This document shows positions 9,963-21,519 of a stretch of DNA of 64,000 bases, piece by piece. How positions within the stretch are numbered: position 1 is the stretch's first letter; every line of letters starts with the position of its first letter. The stretch lies in the sequence record MF402939. One strand, written 5' to 3'. This DNA is from Escherichia phage OSYSP. The translations under genes were made by a program, and so were the position numbers. The notes beneath the pieces are model-generated. The model was given only the letters and a program-made list of their open reading frames with translations. It did not search any database and had not been told where the DNA came from.

Positions 9963-10384
9963 TATCTAGTTACCCCATCACTGATAAATACTTTACCCTC
10001 CATTATACGAAAAGAACTAATAGCTGATCCTATGACGTCTCGTGTCATAATTATATCATAGTATCCTGCAAAACGTTGGCGAGGGTTATACTTATCTCTC
10101 TCTTTGGTAGCTTTTTCGCCAATATTATCTACTGCCTCTACAGGTAAACTTATAGCTATAGCACCTTGAGCAGCATCAGTAATTTTAGTAGTAAAAGATG
10201 CCAAAGTTTCCGCATTCTCATCAAGCCCGGCCTTTATAGTACCCCTTAGGGAATACCCTGTTAAGTTAACAGGGGTATTTGTAGGTGGATAAGTACTATC
10301 ATCAACATCTAAGAATTGCATCATTAGACCATAAGGTACTTTCTCATCTATCACTAAGTCTATAACTCTATTTTCAGTACTCAT
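9962..10384 (-). CDS. Tail collar-like protein (T5 p132-like)
   Basis: 140 aa, same length and position as T5 p132. Confidence 0.55.
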   Translation of the reverse strand: MSTENRVIDLVIDEKVPYGLMMQFLDVDDSTYPPTNTPVNLTGYSLRGTIKAGLDENAETLASFTTKITDAAQGAIAISLPVEAVDNIGEKATKERDKYNPRQRFAGYYDIIMTRDVIGSAISSFRIMEGKVFISDGVTR

Positions 10385-10390
10385 TATTTA

Positions 10391-12463
10391 TTACCTTATA
10401 TGGATATACCCACTATTTAGGTCTATCTTCATCTTGTAGTATGCCTCAGGATTTCCTGATAACGCAGCGTTCCTATCATAAATGATGTTAACACCGATCT
10501 GAGATAAGAAAGCATTTCCTGCTACAATTTTATCTGCCGTCACCGTCCCGTTAACAATCATGTTTCCGTGGAGAACCATTGCAGGGTTAACCCAACCAGA
10601 CCCGTTCCATTGCCTTGTAAATGCTGATTGTGGGGCATTACTGTTAAATTCAGTTAATACATCATATTTAACTGGAGGAGAACCGAAGTTACTTTGAAAG
10701 AAGGAATTAGCTTGTCCATCATCCCAACCACCTAAACCTGCTATACCTACAGAGTACATCCCAGGACCACGTTGTCCATCATGCCCTATAGTACCTTCAG
10801 TACCACTCCACTGAACCACATCTGACCAGCTAGTACCCTCTAATAACCTATTAGTAACTGGATCAAGTGTACCCGTAGTCGCATAGATATTTTGTGTCAT
10901 ATCTGTACGGTTAGGTGGAGTTTTTGACCAACCAGGAGGTGGATAATCTTGTTCTAGTGGTTTAGCAGGTAGAGATGTTGCTAACTTATAAACAAATACT
11001 GTCTGTTTACCTTGTAAACCAGTTTCAATATCTACGTCACCATTTGGTGTCCCAATTACTACACCACTAGAGATACGCAAGGTAGTACCATCATAACGTA
11101 TCCATTGTGTAGCGTTACCAATGTCTAATTTAGCTTTGGCAGAGGTATTATCCATACCCATCCAAATACCGGAGTTATTATCCCCCCAAGATTTACCTTG
11201 AGTGTAAATTGCTGGGTTATCCTTACCAGATAAGTTAGTCATAATAAAGTTCGCAGCATTAATATCTCTAGTAATTACTTTACCATCAACGTTAACAACA
11301 CGGTTTATAGGGTCGAAAGAAATAGGTGCTTTTCCTTCTTCATCCAGTAGACCAATGTTAATAGCACCAGTAGCTGCGTCGATTAAGAATGTCTGTCTCC
11401 AGATTTCTCCATCTTTCATGCTACCCTTAATAAAGGCATAATTAACGTCAATACCTGTCTCATTGACAAAGCTATTGTCTAGAGGAGTATCTTCATTCAA
11501 TATAAATGTTACAGGAGCTGATTCTGTTATATCTTGCTTATTTGGTCCCCAGGCAATTGATGATACCTTAAAAGTATGCTCAACTTTCCATGGGAATGAT
11601 ATAATCGTTGCAGCTCTAGCAGCCCCAACGTTTATCTTTTGAGCTTTATCCCAGCCAGTCTTAGCGTATTCTTCAGAGTTTATATAAGTAACCAGAAATT
11701 CACGGACATTAGCACCCGCACCACGTTCCCAGTCCCACTCTATTCTGACATCATATCGTTCCTTACCATCTGCAATTCGTGCAGCTTTAAAGGCAATGTT
11801 AGTAGGTGCAGTAGGTGGTACAAAATTATAAGCTACAGTGAAAACGCTAGGATATTCATAATAACCAGATGAGTCAACTGTAACACCATCTGGCATCGTA
11901 ACTTGACCAGATATTCTGATCTTATAGTCGCCAACGGGAACACCACCAAATTTGATAGTAGGTCCCAGCGCGCCTATATAGTATTTAACCCATTCACTAT
12001 CTTCTGATGCAGTACTTTTTAATTCAATAGTGCAGTAACTAGCTTCACCAGTAGTCTCTACAACAACTATTGGAGCACCAACACCAACGTCAACGGGTTC
12101 TGATTCAGATCTTGCTGCAGTAATTATTGGCTTTTCCTTTGTTCTAAAGTTAGTTTCATTAGAGAGGTTTATACCAATTTTTGCATTTAAAAGTTCTGAG
12201 TCGATAATTGAATCATAGAAAGCCCCCTGAACCTGGTAGGTGGTTGAGGGGGTTAAATTATTAATCATTACGAAGAAAGTATCTATACCGGTATAATCAC
12301 GTCTATCTATACTTTCTCCTATTTTTAACCAAAAAGATCTACCAATAACATCATAATCAGTATAAATGGAGTGCTGGACATAAGCCAAAGTATATCCAGT
12401 CATTATACTATTTAAGACCATTTTGGCTGGTGCATTATTTGAAATCATTAAATGGATGCCCAC
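10391..12463 (-). CDS. Baseplate/tail tip protein (T5 pb4-like)
   Basis: 690 aa; position and size match T5 pb4; overlaps upstream gene by 16 nt. Confidence 0.65.
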   Translation of the reverse strand: MGIHLMISNNAPAKMVLNSIMTGYTLAYVQHSIYTDYDVIGRSFWLKIGESIDRRDYTGIDTFFVMINNLTPSTTYQVQGAFYDSIIDSELLNAKIGINLSNETNFRTKEKPIITAARSESEPVDVGVGAPIVVVETTGEASYCTIELKSTASEDSEWVKYYIGALGPTIKFGGVPVGDYKIRISGQVTMPDGVTVDSSGYYEYPSVFTVAYNFVPPTAPTNIAFKAARIADGKERYDVRIEWDWERGAGANVREFLVTYINSEEYAKTGWDKAQKINVGAARAATIISFPWKVEHTFKVSSIAWGPNKQDITESAPVTFILNEDTPLDNSFVNETGIDVNYAFIKGSMKDGEIWRQTFLIDAATGAINIGLLDEEGKAPISFDPINRVVNVDGKVITRDINAANFIMTNLSGKDNPAIYTQGKSWGDNNSGIWMGMDNTSAKAKLDIGNATQWIRYDGTTLRISSGVVIGTPNGDVDIETGLQGKQTVFVYKLATSLPAKPLEQDYPPPGWSKTPPNRTDMTQNIYATTGTLDPVTNRLLEGTSWSDVVQWSGTEGTIGHDGQRGPGMYSVGIAGLGGWDDGQANSFFQSNFGSPPVKYDVLTEFNSNAPQSAFTRQWNGSGWVNPAMVLHGNMIVNGTVTADKIVAGNAFLSQIGVNIIYDRNAALSGNPEAYYKMKIDLNSGYIHIR

Positions 12464-15297
12464 TCCACAGACTGTTCTCCATCATCCCCTTCTGCCCTAA
12501 TACGAAAATACAATTTTCTATTTATACCTAGAGCACCGCTGTTCTGGAGAGCAAAGTCTGCCTTATTATATGTTAATAAATAGTCATAAGTATACTGATT
12601 TTCAATACGTACACTTCTTAACATCCTATTTTGTGAATCGTGTATTTCAAGGGTATAAAATATACTCTCTATTATATCTTCTTCAGGTATTCTATCCCAG
12701 GCTAGTTTCACATCTGGGCCAACAAACTCAGTTACATCTCCAGAAGCAGTATTAGTTACCCTAAAATTAGATACTACACTAAGGTTTTTAGCAGAGTTAA
12801 GTTCTATAGACAGAGTCACCGGGGAACTTCTTCTACCATTAATATCTACTGCCCTTATCTCAAATATAGCCAGACCTGCTGGTTCCCCAATTATTTCTTG
12901 GACCATACGTTCGTTAGGATTGGTCTCTAACTGTTGTATTATGTAAGGTTCGGCATGGCCTGAGTGCACAATAGAGTAGTAAACTACATTATTGGTTAGA
13001 CTCGGAAGCCAGGATAACTCACCATTTTTACCTATAGAGCCTACTAAACCGCCAGGAGTAGGAGTATATTTAAAGTCTCTAGGAGGAAGGACATTGTTAC
13101 TAATATCAGGAATATCATTACCGCTATTATCAACCTGCTCAGAGTTGATGAATACATCCTCTCCATACTCCTGTAAGGTAACATTTATCTTACCCTCTCT
13201 AGAGTTTTCAACCTCATCAACTAGGAAATACTTTTTGTTCCACCCGTAACGGTCATACGTGAATGCAATAGCATCATTGGGTTCAATCCCTATGAACTGG
13301 TATGGTAATGAGAAAGAAAGTGTTCTTGAGTATCTGGATTTCTTAAGTTCTCTATCCGCAAAACTTCTTGCAGTATAGTAGTTAGTAATATTAGCAAAAG
13401 ATAGTTGTAATTTTTTATCTAGGTTCTTGTCCTGTTCCTTATACTTGGAATTATAGAATGTAATAGAATTAGTTTTCCAGCTAAGGGCGGGATCTACGAT
13501 AGATGCTTGAACTGAGTTGAATTTATTTCTACCAGTAGTATCTGATAGCTCCAAATCACCGTAAGTATCTAGAAAATTAATCTCTAAGGGAGTATTAGAG
13601 TATTTTTCTACAGTAACCCTATACTGACCAGATAAATTGTTAATAGCCCCACCATAGGACTCTAACAAACCTTGCACATTTTTAAATACTGATTCAGATG
13701 TATCCAAAATAGTATTCATTTGTACTATTTGTCTATTTTCTGCTAGTGGATCAGTCCACCCAACGTATCTCCAATATGGCTGCCAAGATACCTGATAGGA
13801 TTCATCTATAATATCTAAAATAGCTGCCTCCTGTATTAATTGCTGAAGAGGGAACTGATCAATGGTAATATTAGCGCCATATCTATCAGAGGTTAAGTAA
13901 TCAAGTGTTTGCCAAATACCATTTAAACTAGTACTATTAGCAGTTACTCTACCATCAGAATGATAGACTTTTACTTTTTTACCTTGAATTTCAGCACTAA
14001 CTTCTGGAATCTCAGTCCTATTTTCATTAATAGTGAAGCGCACCACTGCGTATGCAGTATCTAGTAGCTTATATCTAGCATCCCAGTACTCCGGCCCATT
14101 GCCATTCATATTCTGAAGGTAGAATCCACGTTCTTTAGCTATATCTACTAGTACTTCAGAGGCTGTTTGATCAGATTTTCCGTGATAAGTCCAAATCCTT
14201 ATGTCACCATTTCCATCATTATACTTATACTCTTGACCATGGACGGATGGACTACTAGAAGAGGTTCCAGATGCTATCCTCTGCATTGTATCTCCTGCTA
14301 TTTTTTTAGTACCAAAGCAGGTTCTAGCGGAGCTATCATTAGCATCTACGCAGATCATAGGATTATCACCGAAGGAGAAATCAAGAAAACCATCAATCTC
14401 CCCCTCAGCAAAGGCGTATACGACATAAACTATGTTGGGATTGTGTAGTTCTGTATCAGCAAAAATAGGTATTCCAGGAATTTTTTGAACCCCATAAACC
14501 ACCGGTATGTATTTAGCAGCAAGGTTAAAATCTATATCCACTTCCTTAGTGACAGTTTCATAGTATTTTTTAAGGCTGTAGCTTCTAGATAAACCAAATA
14601 ATTTTTTCTTTGATTTTAGCTTGTATCTTTCTTCTTGAACCTGATATTTTGCTAGGATAGAGATACTTTTATTAGAGTGGAAGAAGCCGTAGTCTTCTTG
14701 ATACTCTGGTCTTTTAGCACCATTAGATGGTACTAACTGTCCAGCTACAACTTCAAGCCCCCTATGGGAAGCGTCATCAGTATATCTACCATTAACTCTA
14801 TCAAAGTCATAGAATTGGTTAGAACAATTCCAGGTAATTGTAGAGGTTCCTACTCCAGAGGTACTAATGTTATCTTTAATACCCCCTCCAGTAATCCTCC
14901 CCCTAAAATATAGTAAAGGACCATTTGTATCTGGGTCTACTGGCAGAATAGAACCATCTTCAGTAATAATTGCTTGATGAATTGATACGGTTCTATCTAA
15001 GAAGGATACACCATTTTGTACTAGTTTTAGTACTTCATCCTGAGCTGTACCAGTAATAGTAAAAGATAGACTACCAATAGATAAATCTCTATTTTGTTTA
15101 TGTGAGCTAATAGACTTAACTTTACCCGCCTGGTATAAGATGCCATTATATAGTACATCCCTAAAATAATCAGTTAAATAAATAAAAGCAGTACTAGTAC
15201 CAGTAGAGCCAGGTAACTCTAGAGAAATTAGACTAGCAGTTTTTATTCTGCTATTATTTTTTAAGTAGTTTCTAGCACTATCTAGTATTTTTTTCAT
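12448..15297 (-). CDS. Baseplate hub protein (T5 pb3-like)
   Basis: 949 aa, matching T5 pb3 length and position. Confidence 0.7.
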   Translation of the reverse strand: MKKILDSARNYLKNNSRIKTASLISLELPGSTGTSTAFIYLTDYFRDVLYNGILYQAGKVKSISSHKQNRDLSIGSLSFTITGTAQDEVLKLVQNGVSFLDRTVSIHQAIITEDGSILPVDPDTNGPLLYFRGRITGGGIKDNISTSGVGTSTITWNCSNQFYDFDRVNGRYTDDASHRGLEVVAGQLVPSNGAKRPEYQEDYGFFHSNKSISILAKYQVQEERYKLKSKKKLFGLSRSYSLKKYYETVTKEVDIDFNLAAKYIPVVYGVQKIPGIPIFADTELHNPNIVYVVYAFAEGEIDGFLDFSFGDNPMICVDANDSSARTCFGTKKIAGDTMQRIASGTSSSSPSVHGQEYKYNDGNGDIRIWTYHGKSDQTASEVLVDIAKERGFYLQNMNGNGPEYWDARYKLLDTAYAVVRFTINENRTEIPEVSAEIQGKKVKVYHSDGRVTANSTSLNGIWQTLDYLTSDRYGANITIDQFPLQQLIQEAAILDIIDESYQVSWQPYWRYVGWTDPLAENRQIVQMNTILDTSESVFKNVQGLLESYGGAINNLSGQYRVTVEKYSNTPLEINFLDTYGDLELSDTTGRNKFNSVQASIVDPALSWKTNSITFYNSKYKEQDKNLDKKLQLSFANITNYYTARSFADRELKKSRYSRTLSFSLPYQFIGIEPNDAIAFTYDRYGWNKKYFLVDEVENSREGKINVTLQEYGEDVFINSEQVDNSGNDIPDISNNVLPPRDFKYTPTPGGLVGSIGKNGELSWLPSLTNNVVYYSIVHSGHAEPYIIQQLETNPNERMVQEIIGEPAGLAIFEIRAVDINGRRSSPVTLSIELNSAKNLSVVSNFRVTNTASGDVTEFVGPDVKLAWDRIPEEDIIESIFYTLEIHDSQNRMLRSVRIENQYTYDYLLTYNKADFALQNSGALGINRKLYFRIRAEGDDGEQSVEWASI

Positions 15298-15908
15298 AAA
15301 CTTTCCCGTAAATTTAATGAGATGCCGGAATATGTTCCGTTATTATTTAATGTAGATCCGAAAGCATCACCATTCATGAGTTTTGTTCTAAACAGTATCC
15401 CATTAAATACTGGTTTTTCAGCTCCAGTAGTCGTTACAAATAAATCAGGGTATACGTTAATAGACCATGAATTACCAGATCTATTAAATGATGTTATTTT
15501 ATAAACTTTTGGGTGATTGGATAATTTAAATAAATCACCTGGTTTAGGGATGCCGGTAAGAACACCTTTTGTATCCATAGTAATATTGGAACCTTTTTGT
15601 CCTGCTGGTATATTTACTAAGTTAGTATTGCCCCTAACCCTAAAAGCCTCATACTGAGGTAATATAACATCAATGTAGCCTCCTGTCCTCTTATACTCTA
15701 GAATAAAGGAATCTAGAACACTATATTCATCAGGAAACAATTCTGGGTAAGAAATATTTATACCCCAGTACTGAGCAGATACCTTAACTTCGTTAACTTT
15801 ACCATTAGGTAACTCATCACGAATTACTGGGTCATTATCAATCAGGTTAACACTTTCGAATCCTAATCCTGAAAGTTCTGGATTCGTGTATGGGTCTGGT
15901 AATCTCAT
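15294..15908 (-). CDS. Distal tail protein (T5 pb9-like)
   Basis: 204 aa, matching T5 pb9 length and position. Confidence 0.7.
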   Translation of the reverse strand: MRLPDPYTNPELSGLGFESVNLIDNDPVIRDELPNGKVNEVKVSAQYWGINISYPELFPDEYSVLDSFILEYKRTGGYIDVILPQYEAFRVRGNTNLVNIPAGQKGSNITMDTKGVLTGIPKPGDLFKLSNHPKVYKITSFNRSGNSWSINVYPDLFVTTTGAEKPVFNGILFRTKLMNGDAFGSTLNNNGTYSGISLNLRESL

Positions 15909-16017
15909 AGTTAATTTCTCCTCTTAGATACAATTATTATAATAGTATTAGAAAATTTTATCAAGAAATTTTTATTTTTCCATATAGAAAAGGAGGACTC
16001 AAAGTCCTCCTCCAGTT

Positions 16018-19000
16018 TTAAGAATTTCCTAGTGTTTTTAGGCTAGCACCATTCTCATTCAGAGCTAGTTCTACTGCATCCCTCAGAGCACCGCTATTAC
16101 TAGAGGCGAACTCTCTAAAACTAGCAGCATCCATAGCACTAATATTCAGGATGATAGGTCTTCCTGAGATTGAATTAGAGGAATTTTTTAACTCATCATT
16201 AGGTGTAGCTTTCATAGGAATCATAGGTGTAATTACTTCTGTACCATGTTCTCCCATCTGGTAGCTAACCCCTGGGTACATATTACCACCTTCGGCACGA
16301 GGCACAAATGAATTAGCATTACCAATACCTTGATCACCACGTATATAGGATAGTTCCCCAGCGTTAGCAGACATAGATACATCAATGTTCTTCTGACGCT
16401 CTCCAAGAGTTAAATAACTAGTAGTATCCGCTCCAGAATCTGCAATACTTGACATACTAGAGGCAGAGGATGCCTGCGCTAATGCCAGAGCACCTGCTAA
16501 TCCTGCCGCTACCATCAGAGGGATAGAGAACGGGTATGGTACAGCTGTTGCTGCCTGCATAACTGCTACTGCAGTTTGGATGATAATCTGCTTCTTAGCT
16601 GCATCTTGTTGAATCTTCAGCTTTTCAGCTTCTAGCTTCTTCAATTTAGCTTTAGATGCTTCTGATTTACCATCACGTTTCTGCTCCGCTGCGATAGCTG
16701 CATCAATAGCACTAACCTGCTGACTAGTACTGTATTGAATCATAGAAGCCACAGTTTGCATACCAGAAGCAATCAAGGAAGTAGTATCTAGAGATCCCTG
16801 AGAGAACTGAATCATAGCATTAGTTAAGTTACCCATACTTTGTGCTACTGCAGTTGCTTCAGAATTTAGCTCAGATAGCTTAGAGATTGCTTGGTCATAA
16901 GAAGCCATTCTATTTTGCATATCAGCAAAATCTTTATCTTCTCCAGATAATCCCGTTGTAGGAGTGTACACAGCACCTACAGAGGATCCTACCTGTTGTT
17001 GCATTTGAGCATTACGTTGCGCCGTTAAAGCAGACATTTGAGCCCTTGTCTTAGCTATTTCAGCATTCCAGCGCATTTGCTCGTTAGCATTACCTTTGGT
17101 AAGTTCTTTCATCTGAGTATAAAAATCTAACTGCATTTCCATTTTTTGCATTTCCCCTGCCAGAGGGAACATGGAAGTTAGAGTATTTTCAAAGGCTTCT
17201 TGCCTTTTACTGGTCATTTCAGCTTGCTGATCCTGACGGAATTTCCATATTTCACGTTCAATTTGAGCTTGAGAACGTCTAGACTGTTCAGCCTCTTTCT
17301 GTTTATCAGCCTGTTTTGTATACCATTCGTACTTCTCTTTTTCAATGGTCAATTCAAGATTTAACTGTGCTAGACGATACTGAGTATCTGTCATAGTACG
17401 GTTATTTAAGAGAGCTATCTCACGATCTACACCAAGAATTTTATCTGTGTAATCCTTGACCTTCTTCTGAGCTTCCATACCCTGATTAGTAAGTTTAAGT
17501 TTCTCCAGCTGAATTTTTTCAATTTCTTTCTCAACAGCTTTATTTCCCTGGTTTGTTTGAAGAACACGGCGTAAAGCAGCTTCTTGCTCTTCTAACTGTT
17601 GGAGTTCTAAACGTCTACCAGCTTCCTGAGCCTTTTCCTTATCCTTAGTTTGATTATACACATCAGCTATTTTCTGTTGAACTGCTAACTGATTTTTAGT
17701 TTCATTACCAGTTAGTTTAACATACTCAGATAGAGCCTGAGATGCAGTTTTCATTTCAGACAGGGTGTTATAACCCAGGTTAAGGTTTTTAACATATTCA
17801 TCGGCACTCTTACCGGTACCTAAGGATAGAGATTCTATATTTTTTATAGCATCTGCCAAAGTAGCACTAGTTTTAGCAGCAGTATCTGTATTATGAGCAA
17901 CGTTCTGTATATCATTAGCTAAGTCACTAGCCGTTTTCTTAGTCTGATTGTACGCTTTCTGCTGCTCAGTTAGTCCTTTTAATACAGTAGAGTTAAAATC
18001 GTATACAGCATCAGGATCAGTAGTATCTCTCTGTAGATTAATTTGCTTCTGAAACTCTGGACTAGCCTTTGCAGCAGCGGCACCAGCAGCTTGATACGCT
18101 GATTTCCAAGCATTGAGATTCTCTGTAGAATCCTCTACTTCCTTACCAAGTCTAGTTACTTGTAGACCCATAGCTGCAGTTTCTGCTACAAATTGCTTAT
18201 TGGCCTCCGAAGCACCTGCTGCTGCAAGACCAACAGGAATACCTTCACCAACTTGACGTATAGCTAATTTTGTATAGAAATCTGCTTGTTCCATTCGTTT
18301 ATCAAACTCAGATTTTAGCTTATTACGCTTATCAAGAGATTCCTTATACATATCTAGAGCTTTATTATAGCCTTCTTCAGAAGCAGCTAAACTTAAAGCA
18401 ACAGCACCAACGTTGGTAGGGTCTATCTGTCTATTAGTTTTTTCTTGGGCCCTAGCTGCTTCAGCAGATATAGAAGCCTGAGATGTATAAAATACTGTGT
18501 TGATAGCATCAATTACTGGCCCTAAATACTTAGCAGCAGCTTGTTGTATTTTTCTTAGTGCAGCATCTGCATTAGCAGCAAATTGCTCCCACGGAGTTGC
18601 ACGTAGTACTTCATCTAGGTAGCCAAAACGCTTAGTAGATTCAGCAATTACCGCGTTAGCGTATGCTTGTTGCTTCTGGAAAGTGGTAAGACTATTAACA
18701 TTATATGTTATACCTGTGTTTGCAGCATTTAACTGTTTAACATAATCAGCGTATGCATCATTAAGACGGATGGTGACACCCAGCTCATCCAGAAGTTCGA
18801 TTTCTTGTTTAGATACGCCCTTAATTACACGGTTAAGTGCATCAGTCATATCAACGCCAAGAACAGCAGCCGCACGACGAGCTACTAAACCAAATTTATT
18901 AAGTTGTTCGGCATCAAATCCATAAGCAGATGCTGAAGATGCCTGTCTCATTGCTTCCTCAAAAGAAATAGCATATCCAGCAGCTTCTTGTAGTGATCTA

Positions 19001-19701
19001 GCAAGGGTCTGAACAGGAGTACCTGTCTGAGTACCTACTATAACACCAAATTTTTCTAGACGATTTAGCTGATCACCTAGTTTAAGTTGTTCAAATGCTG
19101 ATTGCAAAACGAAGATGTTGGAAGCAAGAGCTGCGTACATAATAGGTAGACTACCACCGATCTTAGCCATTGCCGCAAAATCACGAGTTGCACCACGTGC
19201 TGAACCAGAAGTATTACCAATAGCTCTAGAAGCTCTACCAGCGGCACCAGCAGTATCATTAAAACCCCTAGCTGTGCCACCTAATGCTCTATTAGTATCA
19301 TATAATCTATCCTGGACTTTTTCTGTTGCAGCTGCAACATCATTACCCATTGTTTTAACAGATCTAGAAACTCCATCGAATCCAATTTCTAGTTTATCTG
19401 TTACTTCAATAAGCTGGATAGCTAGGTAATCTAGTTTATCACCAATATCATTAATAGATTTGGTGATACCAGCCATACCCCTACTAGCTTGCATTTTAGT
19501 AAGACTTTTTGCTGCTCTGTCTGCTGCCCTCTCAATGGAATAAAGAGTTTTGGGCATTTTACCTAACTGCTCATTTGTTAGTTCGGAAGCAGCAGCAGCA
19601 TTTTCCAACGCATCAGATACGTTTTCAATAGACTTTGCAGTACGAGTTGCCCCCTTCTGTTTAACGTCTATTAGTAATTCTCGTATTAGCTTATCAGTCA
19701 T
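16018..19701 (-). CDS. Tail tape measure protein (T5 pb2-like)
   Basis: 1227 aa, long coiled-coil and Ala/Gln-rich regions, largest gene in the tail block. Confidence 0.85.
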   Translation of the reverse strand: MTDKLIRELLIDVKQKGATRTAKSIENVSDALENAAAASELTNEQLGKMPKTLYSIERAADRAAKSLTKMQASRGMAGITKSINDIGDKLDYLAIQLIEVTDKLEIGFDGVSRSVKTMGNDVAAATEKVQDRLYDTNRALGGTARGFNDTAGAAGRASRAIGNTSGSARGATRDFAAMAKIGGSLPIMYAALASNIFVLQSAFEQLKLGDQLNRLEKFGVIVGTQTGTPVQTLARSLQEAAGYAISFEEAMRQASSASAYGFDAEQLNKFGLVARRAAAVLGVDMTDALNRVIKGVSKQEIELLDELGVTIRLNDAYADYVKQLNAANTGITYNVNSLTTFQKQQAYANAVIAESTKRFGYLDEVLRATPWEQFAANADAALRKIQQAAAKYLGPVIDAINTVFYTSQASISAEAARAQEKTNRQIDPTNVGAVALSLAASEEGYNKALDMYKESLDKRNKLKSEFDKRMEQADFYTKLAIRQVGEGIPVGLAAAGASEANKQFVAETAAMGLQVTRLGKEVEDSTENLNAWKSAYQAAGAAAAKASPEFQKQINLQRDTTDPDAVYDFNSTVLKGLTEQQKAYNQTKKTASDLANDIQNVAHNTDTAAKTSATLADAIKNIESLSLGTGKSADEYVKNLNLGYNTLSEMKTASQALSEYVKLTGNETKNQLAVQQKIADVYNQTKDKEKAQEAGRRLELQQLEEQEAALRRVLQTNQGNKAVEKEIEKIQLEKLKLTNQGMEAQKKVKDYTDKILGVDREIALLNNRTMTDTQYRLAQLNLELTIEKEKYEWYTKQADKQKEAEQSRRSQAQIEREIWKFRQDQQAEMTSKRQEAFENTLTSMFPLAGEMQKMEMQLDFYTQMKELTKGNANEQMRWNAEIAKTRAQMSALTAQRNAQMQQQVGSSVGAVYTPTTGLSGEDKDFADMQNRMASYDQAISKLSELNSEATAVAQSMGNLTNAMIQFSQGSLDTTSLIASGMQTVASMIQYSTSQQVSAIDAAIAAEQKRDGKSEASKAKLKKLEAEKLKIQQDAAKKQIIIQTAVAVMQAATAVPYPFSIPLMVAAGLAGALALAQASSASSMSSIADSGADTTSYLTLGERQKNIDVSMSANAGELSYIRGDQGIGNANSFVPRAEGGNMYPGVSYQMGEHGTEVITPMIPMKATPNDELKNSSNSISGRPIILNISAMDAASFREFASSNSGALRDAVELALNENGASLKTLGNS

Positions 19702-19711
19702 GTTTTATTTT

Positions 19712-19749
19712 TCCCAATAAAAAAGGCTCTGGGCAAATCACCCAGAGCC
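19712..19749 (-). terminator. Rho-independent terminator immediately upstream of tape-measure start
   Basis: Hairpin GGCTCTGGG-loop-CCCAGAGCC followed on the - strand by TTTTTTATTGGG. Confidence 0.6.
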
Positions 19750-19784
19750 AAGCCTCATCGTGGAACGCCCATTGGAGGAAACTT

Positions 19785-20153
19785 TTACCGTGCACGAGAT
19801 CTAGCATGTGGCTTAACGTTAGGAATCCTTCCGTTTTGCGGTTTATGCTTCTCAGCACGCTTACGTGCAGCATCTACAGCTTTAGCATCAAATATATTGA
19901 TAATGTGTAGAACAAATTCTTTTTCTATAGGATCAGTAATCCCATAAATATCAAATAAAACACCTAATGCAGCCTTATCCTTACCTATAAAAATAGGAAA
20001 GTCACCCGGTATGAAACAGTCAATCAGACTGTTATAAATATTCATACTAATAGATACAATAGGTGGAAAATCTTCGAGTTCAACAGGCATAGCCTTTGGA
20101 TCAGGTTCTATACCCATTGACTCGCAAAGTATTAAATATTGTTGTTTAGTCAT
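19785..20153 (-). CDS. Putative tail assembly chaperone
   Basis: 122 aa ORF between tail tube-associated genes and tape measure. Confidence 0.5.
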   Translation of the reverse strand: MTKQQYLILCESMGIEPDPKAMPVELEDFPPIVSISMNIYNSLIDCFIPGDFPIFIGKDKAALGVLFDIYGITDPIEKEFVLHIINIFDAKAVDAARKRAEKHKPQNGRIPNVKPHARSRAR

Positions 20154-20214
20154 TTTAGATGCTGAGCTTTTAATACATTTGTCTGCAAAATCAGCAACAG
20201 CATCTAGGAGTTCT

Positions 20215-20619
20215 TTACGCTTTTGGGCTACGAAAAGTGTCTAAGTGGAACACTGTCTGGTTGATCCAAGAATCAAACGCAGCAGAGTTCTGCATGAGCA
20301 TTACAGCGTTATCGCGGCTAAAAGGAACTTCAGTAGCAGGATCAGCATCTGTTTCAATCAGCATCAGTTTTTCAACGTCACCAACAGTTAAGCCAGTCCA
20401 GCCTTTAATAGCTGCGTCAACAAAGGCTTCAATGAACTTATCGTCATCCTGTACCTGAATCAAAGTACCGTTAACCCATTCATCGCGTTTAGCAGAGGAA
20501 ATAACACGTTTAGAAGTAGCACGAGACATGTAGTTAAGTTCTAATTTAAAGTTCGGCATACCTGGGTAGGAAAGAGTAATAGTACGAGTATCAAGAGTAA
20601 TATCTTTTAAATTAATCAT
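20215..20619 (-). CDS. Putative tail assembly protein
   Basis: 134 aa; start overlaps stop of upstream gene. Confidence 0.5.
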   Translation of the reverse strand: MINLKDITLDTRTITLSYPGMPNFKLELNYMSRATSKRVISSAKRDEWVNGTLIQVQDDDKFIEAFVDAAIKGWTGLTVGDVEKLMLIETDADPATEVPFSRDNAVMLMQNSAAFDSWINQTVFHLDTFRSPKA

Positions 20620-21515
20620 TTTTTAATTTCTCCAAAGAAATCTATTCTCACTGGGTCTGAAGAAGCAGTAGGTATAATATCCCACTCAACTCTATACACA
20701 TCTGAGAACTCTAGGCGTTTTGTAATACGTGCTGAAGGAAAATCTATAGAAATATTATTATTTCTTATCGTTAAAGGTACATCTATCTCCGGTTCTATAT
20801 TATAAACCATATCTCCTGCAAAACGTTTTAAGTAGTACAGAGAAATGGTTGCCGAAGCATTCATTTCAGTTACATAGGCTCTTTTATTATTATAAATTTT
20901 ATTTATATCAAAAACACTCTTATCCTCTCTCCAGGAGCACTGCTGCTGGAAAGATAAAGAGGCAGAAATAAGACCGGGTAAGATGCTGCCATTAGTAGAA
21001 GCTATTACTGGGCTGTAAGACATTACTTCACCCTGTATAATAGAAGCTGCTTCTCTATACGTAGATACTTCTGAGAATTTCCCAGACTCAATACCAACAT
21101 TAAGAATTGGTATGTTCTTATCTAAAGAAAAATCTACCGTAGATACATAACAGTTTTCAAAATATACACAGTTATTATCTTTGTTTACTATATAGATATT
21201 GAACATAATAGGTTCAATATTACTACTATATAGTGGGAGTAAGAAAGTATTACCTTTTCTATCAAAACCTAACCATTCAAAGAAGTTAGCTTCAGTAAGA
21301 GTATTACTAAAATTTACTGCTAGAGAGATAGAAGAGGGGGTTTGAGCATTTATAATAGAGTCTGCATAGTTAGTTCTACGATGAACAGTCCTACGAAGAG
21401 TCTTGAATTCCTCGTAGGAAGTCTGTATATCATAGTTTGATAGGGCATCAAAATGAAATGCCCTACCATCATACTCAACTATAACTTTTGACTCTCTCAT
21501 TAGAGAGTAGTACAT
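20616..21515 (-). CDS. Tail protein (T5 p140-like)
   Basis: 299 aa immediately downstream of tail tube gene. Confidence 0.55.
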   Translation of the reverse strand: MYYSLMRESKVIVEYDGRAFHFDALSNYDIQTSYEEFKTLRRTVHRRTNYADSIINAQTPSSISLAVNFSNTLTEANFFEWLGFDRKGNTFLLPLYSSNIEPIMFNIYIVNKDNNCVYFENCYVSTVDFSLDKNIPILNVGIESGKFSEVSTYREAASIIQGEVMSYSPVIASTNGSILPGLISASLSFQQQCSWREDKSVFDINKIYNNKRAYVTEMNASATISLYYLKRFAGDMVYNIEPEIDVPLTIRNNNISIDFPSARITKRLEFSDVYRVEWDIIPTASSDPVRIDFFGEIKK

Positions 21516-21519
21516 TTAA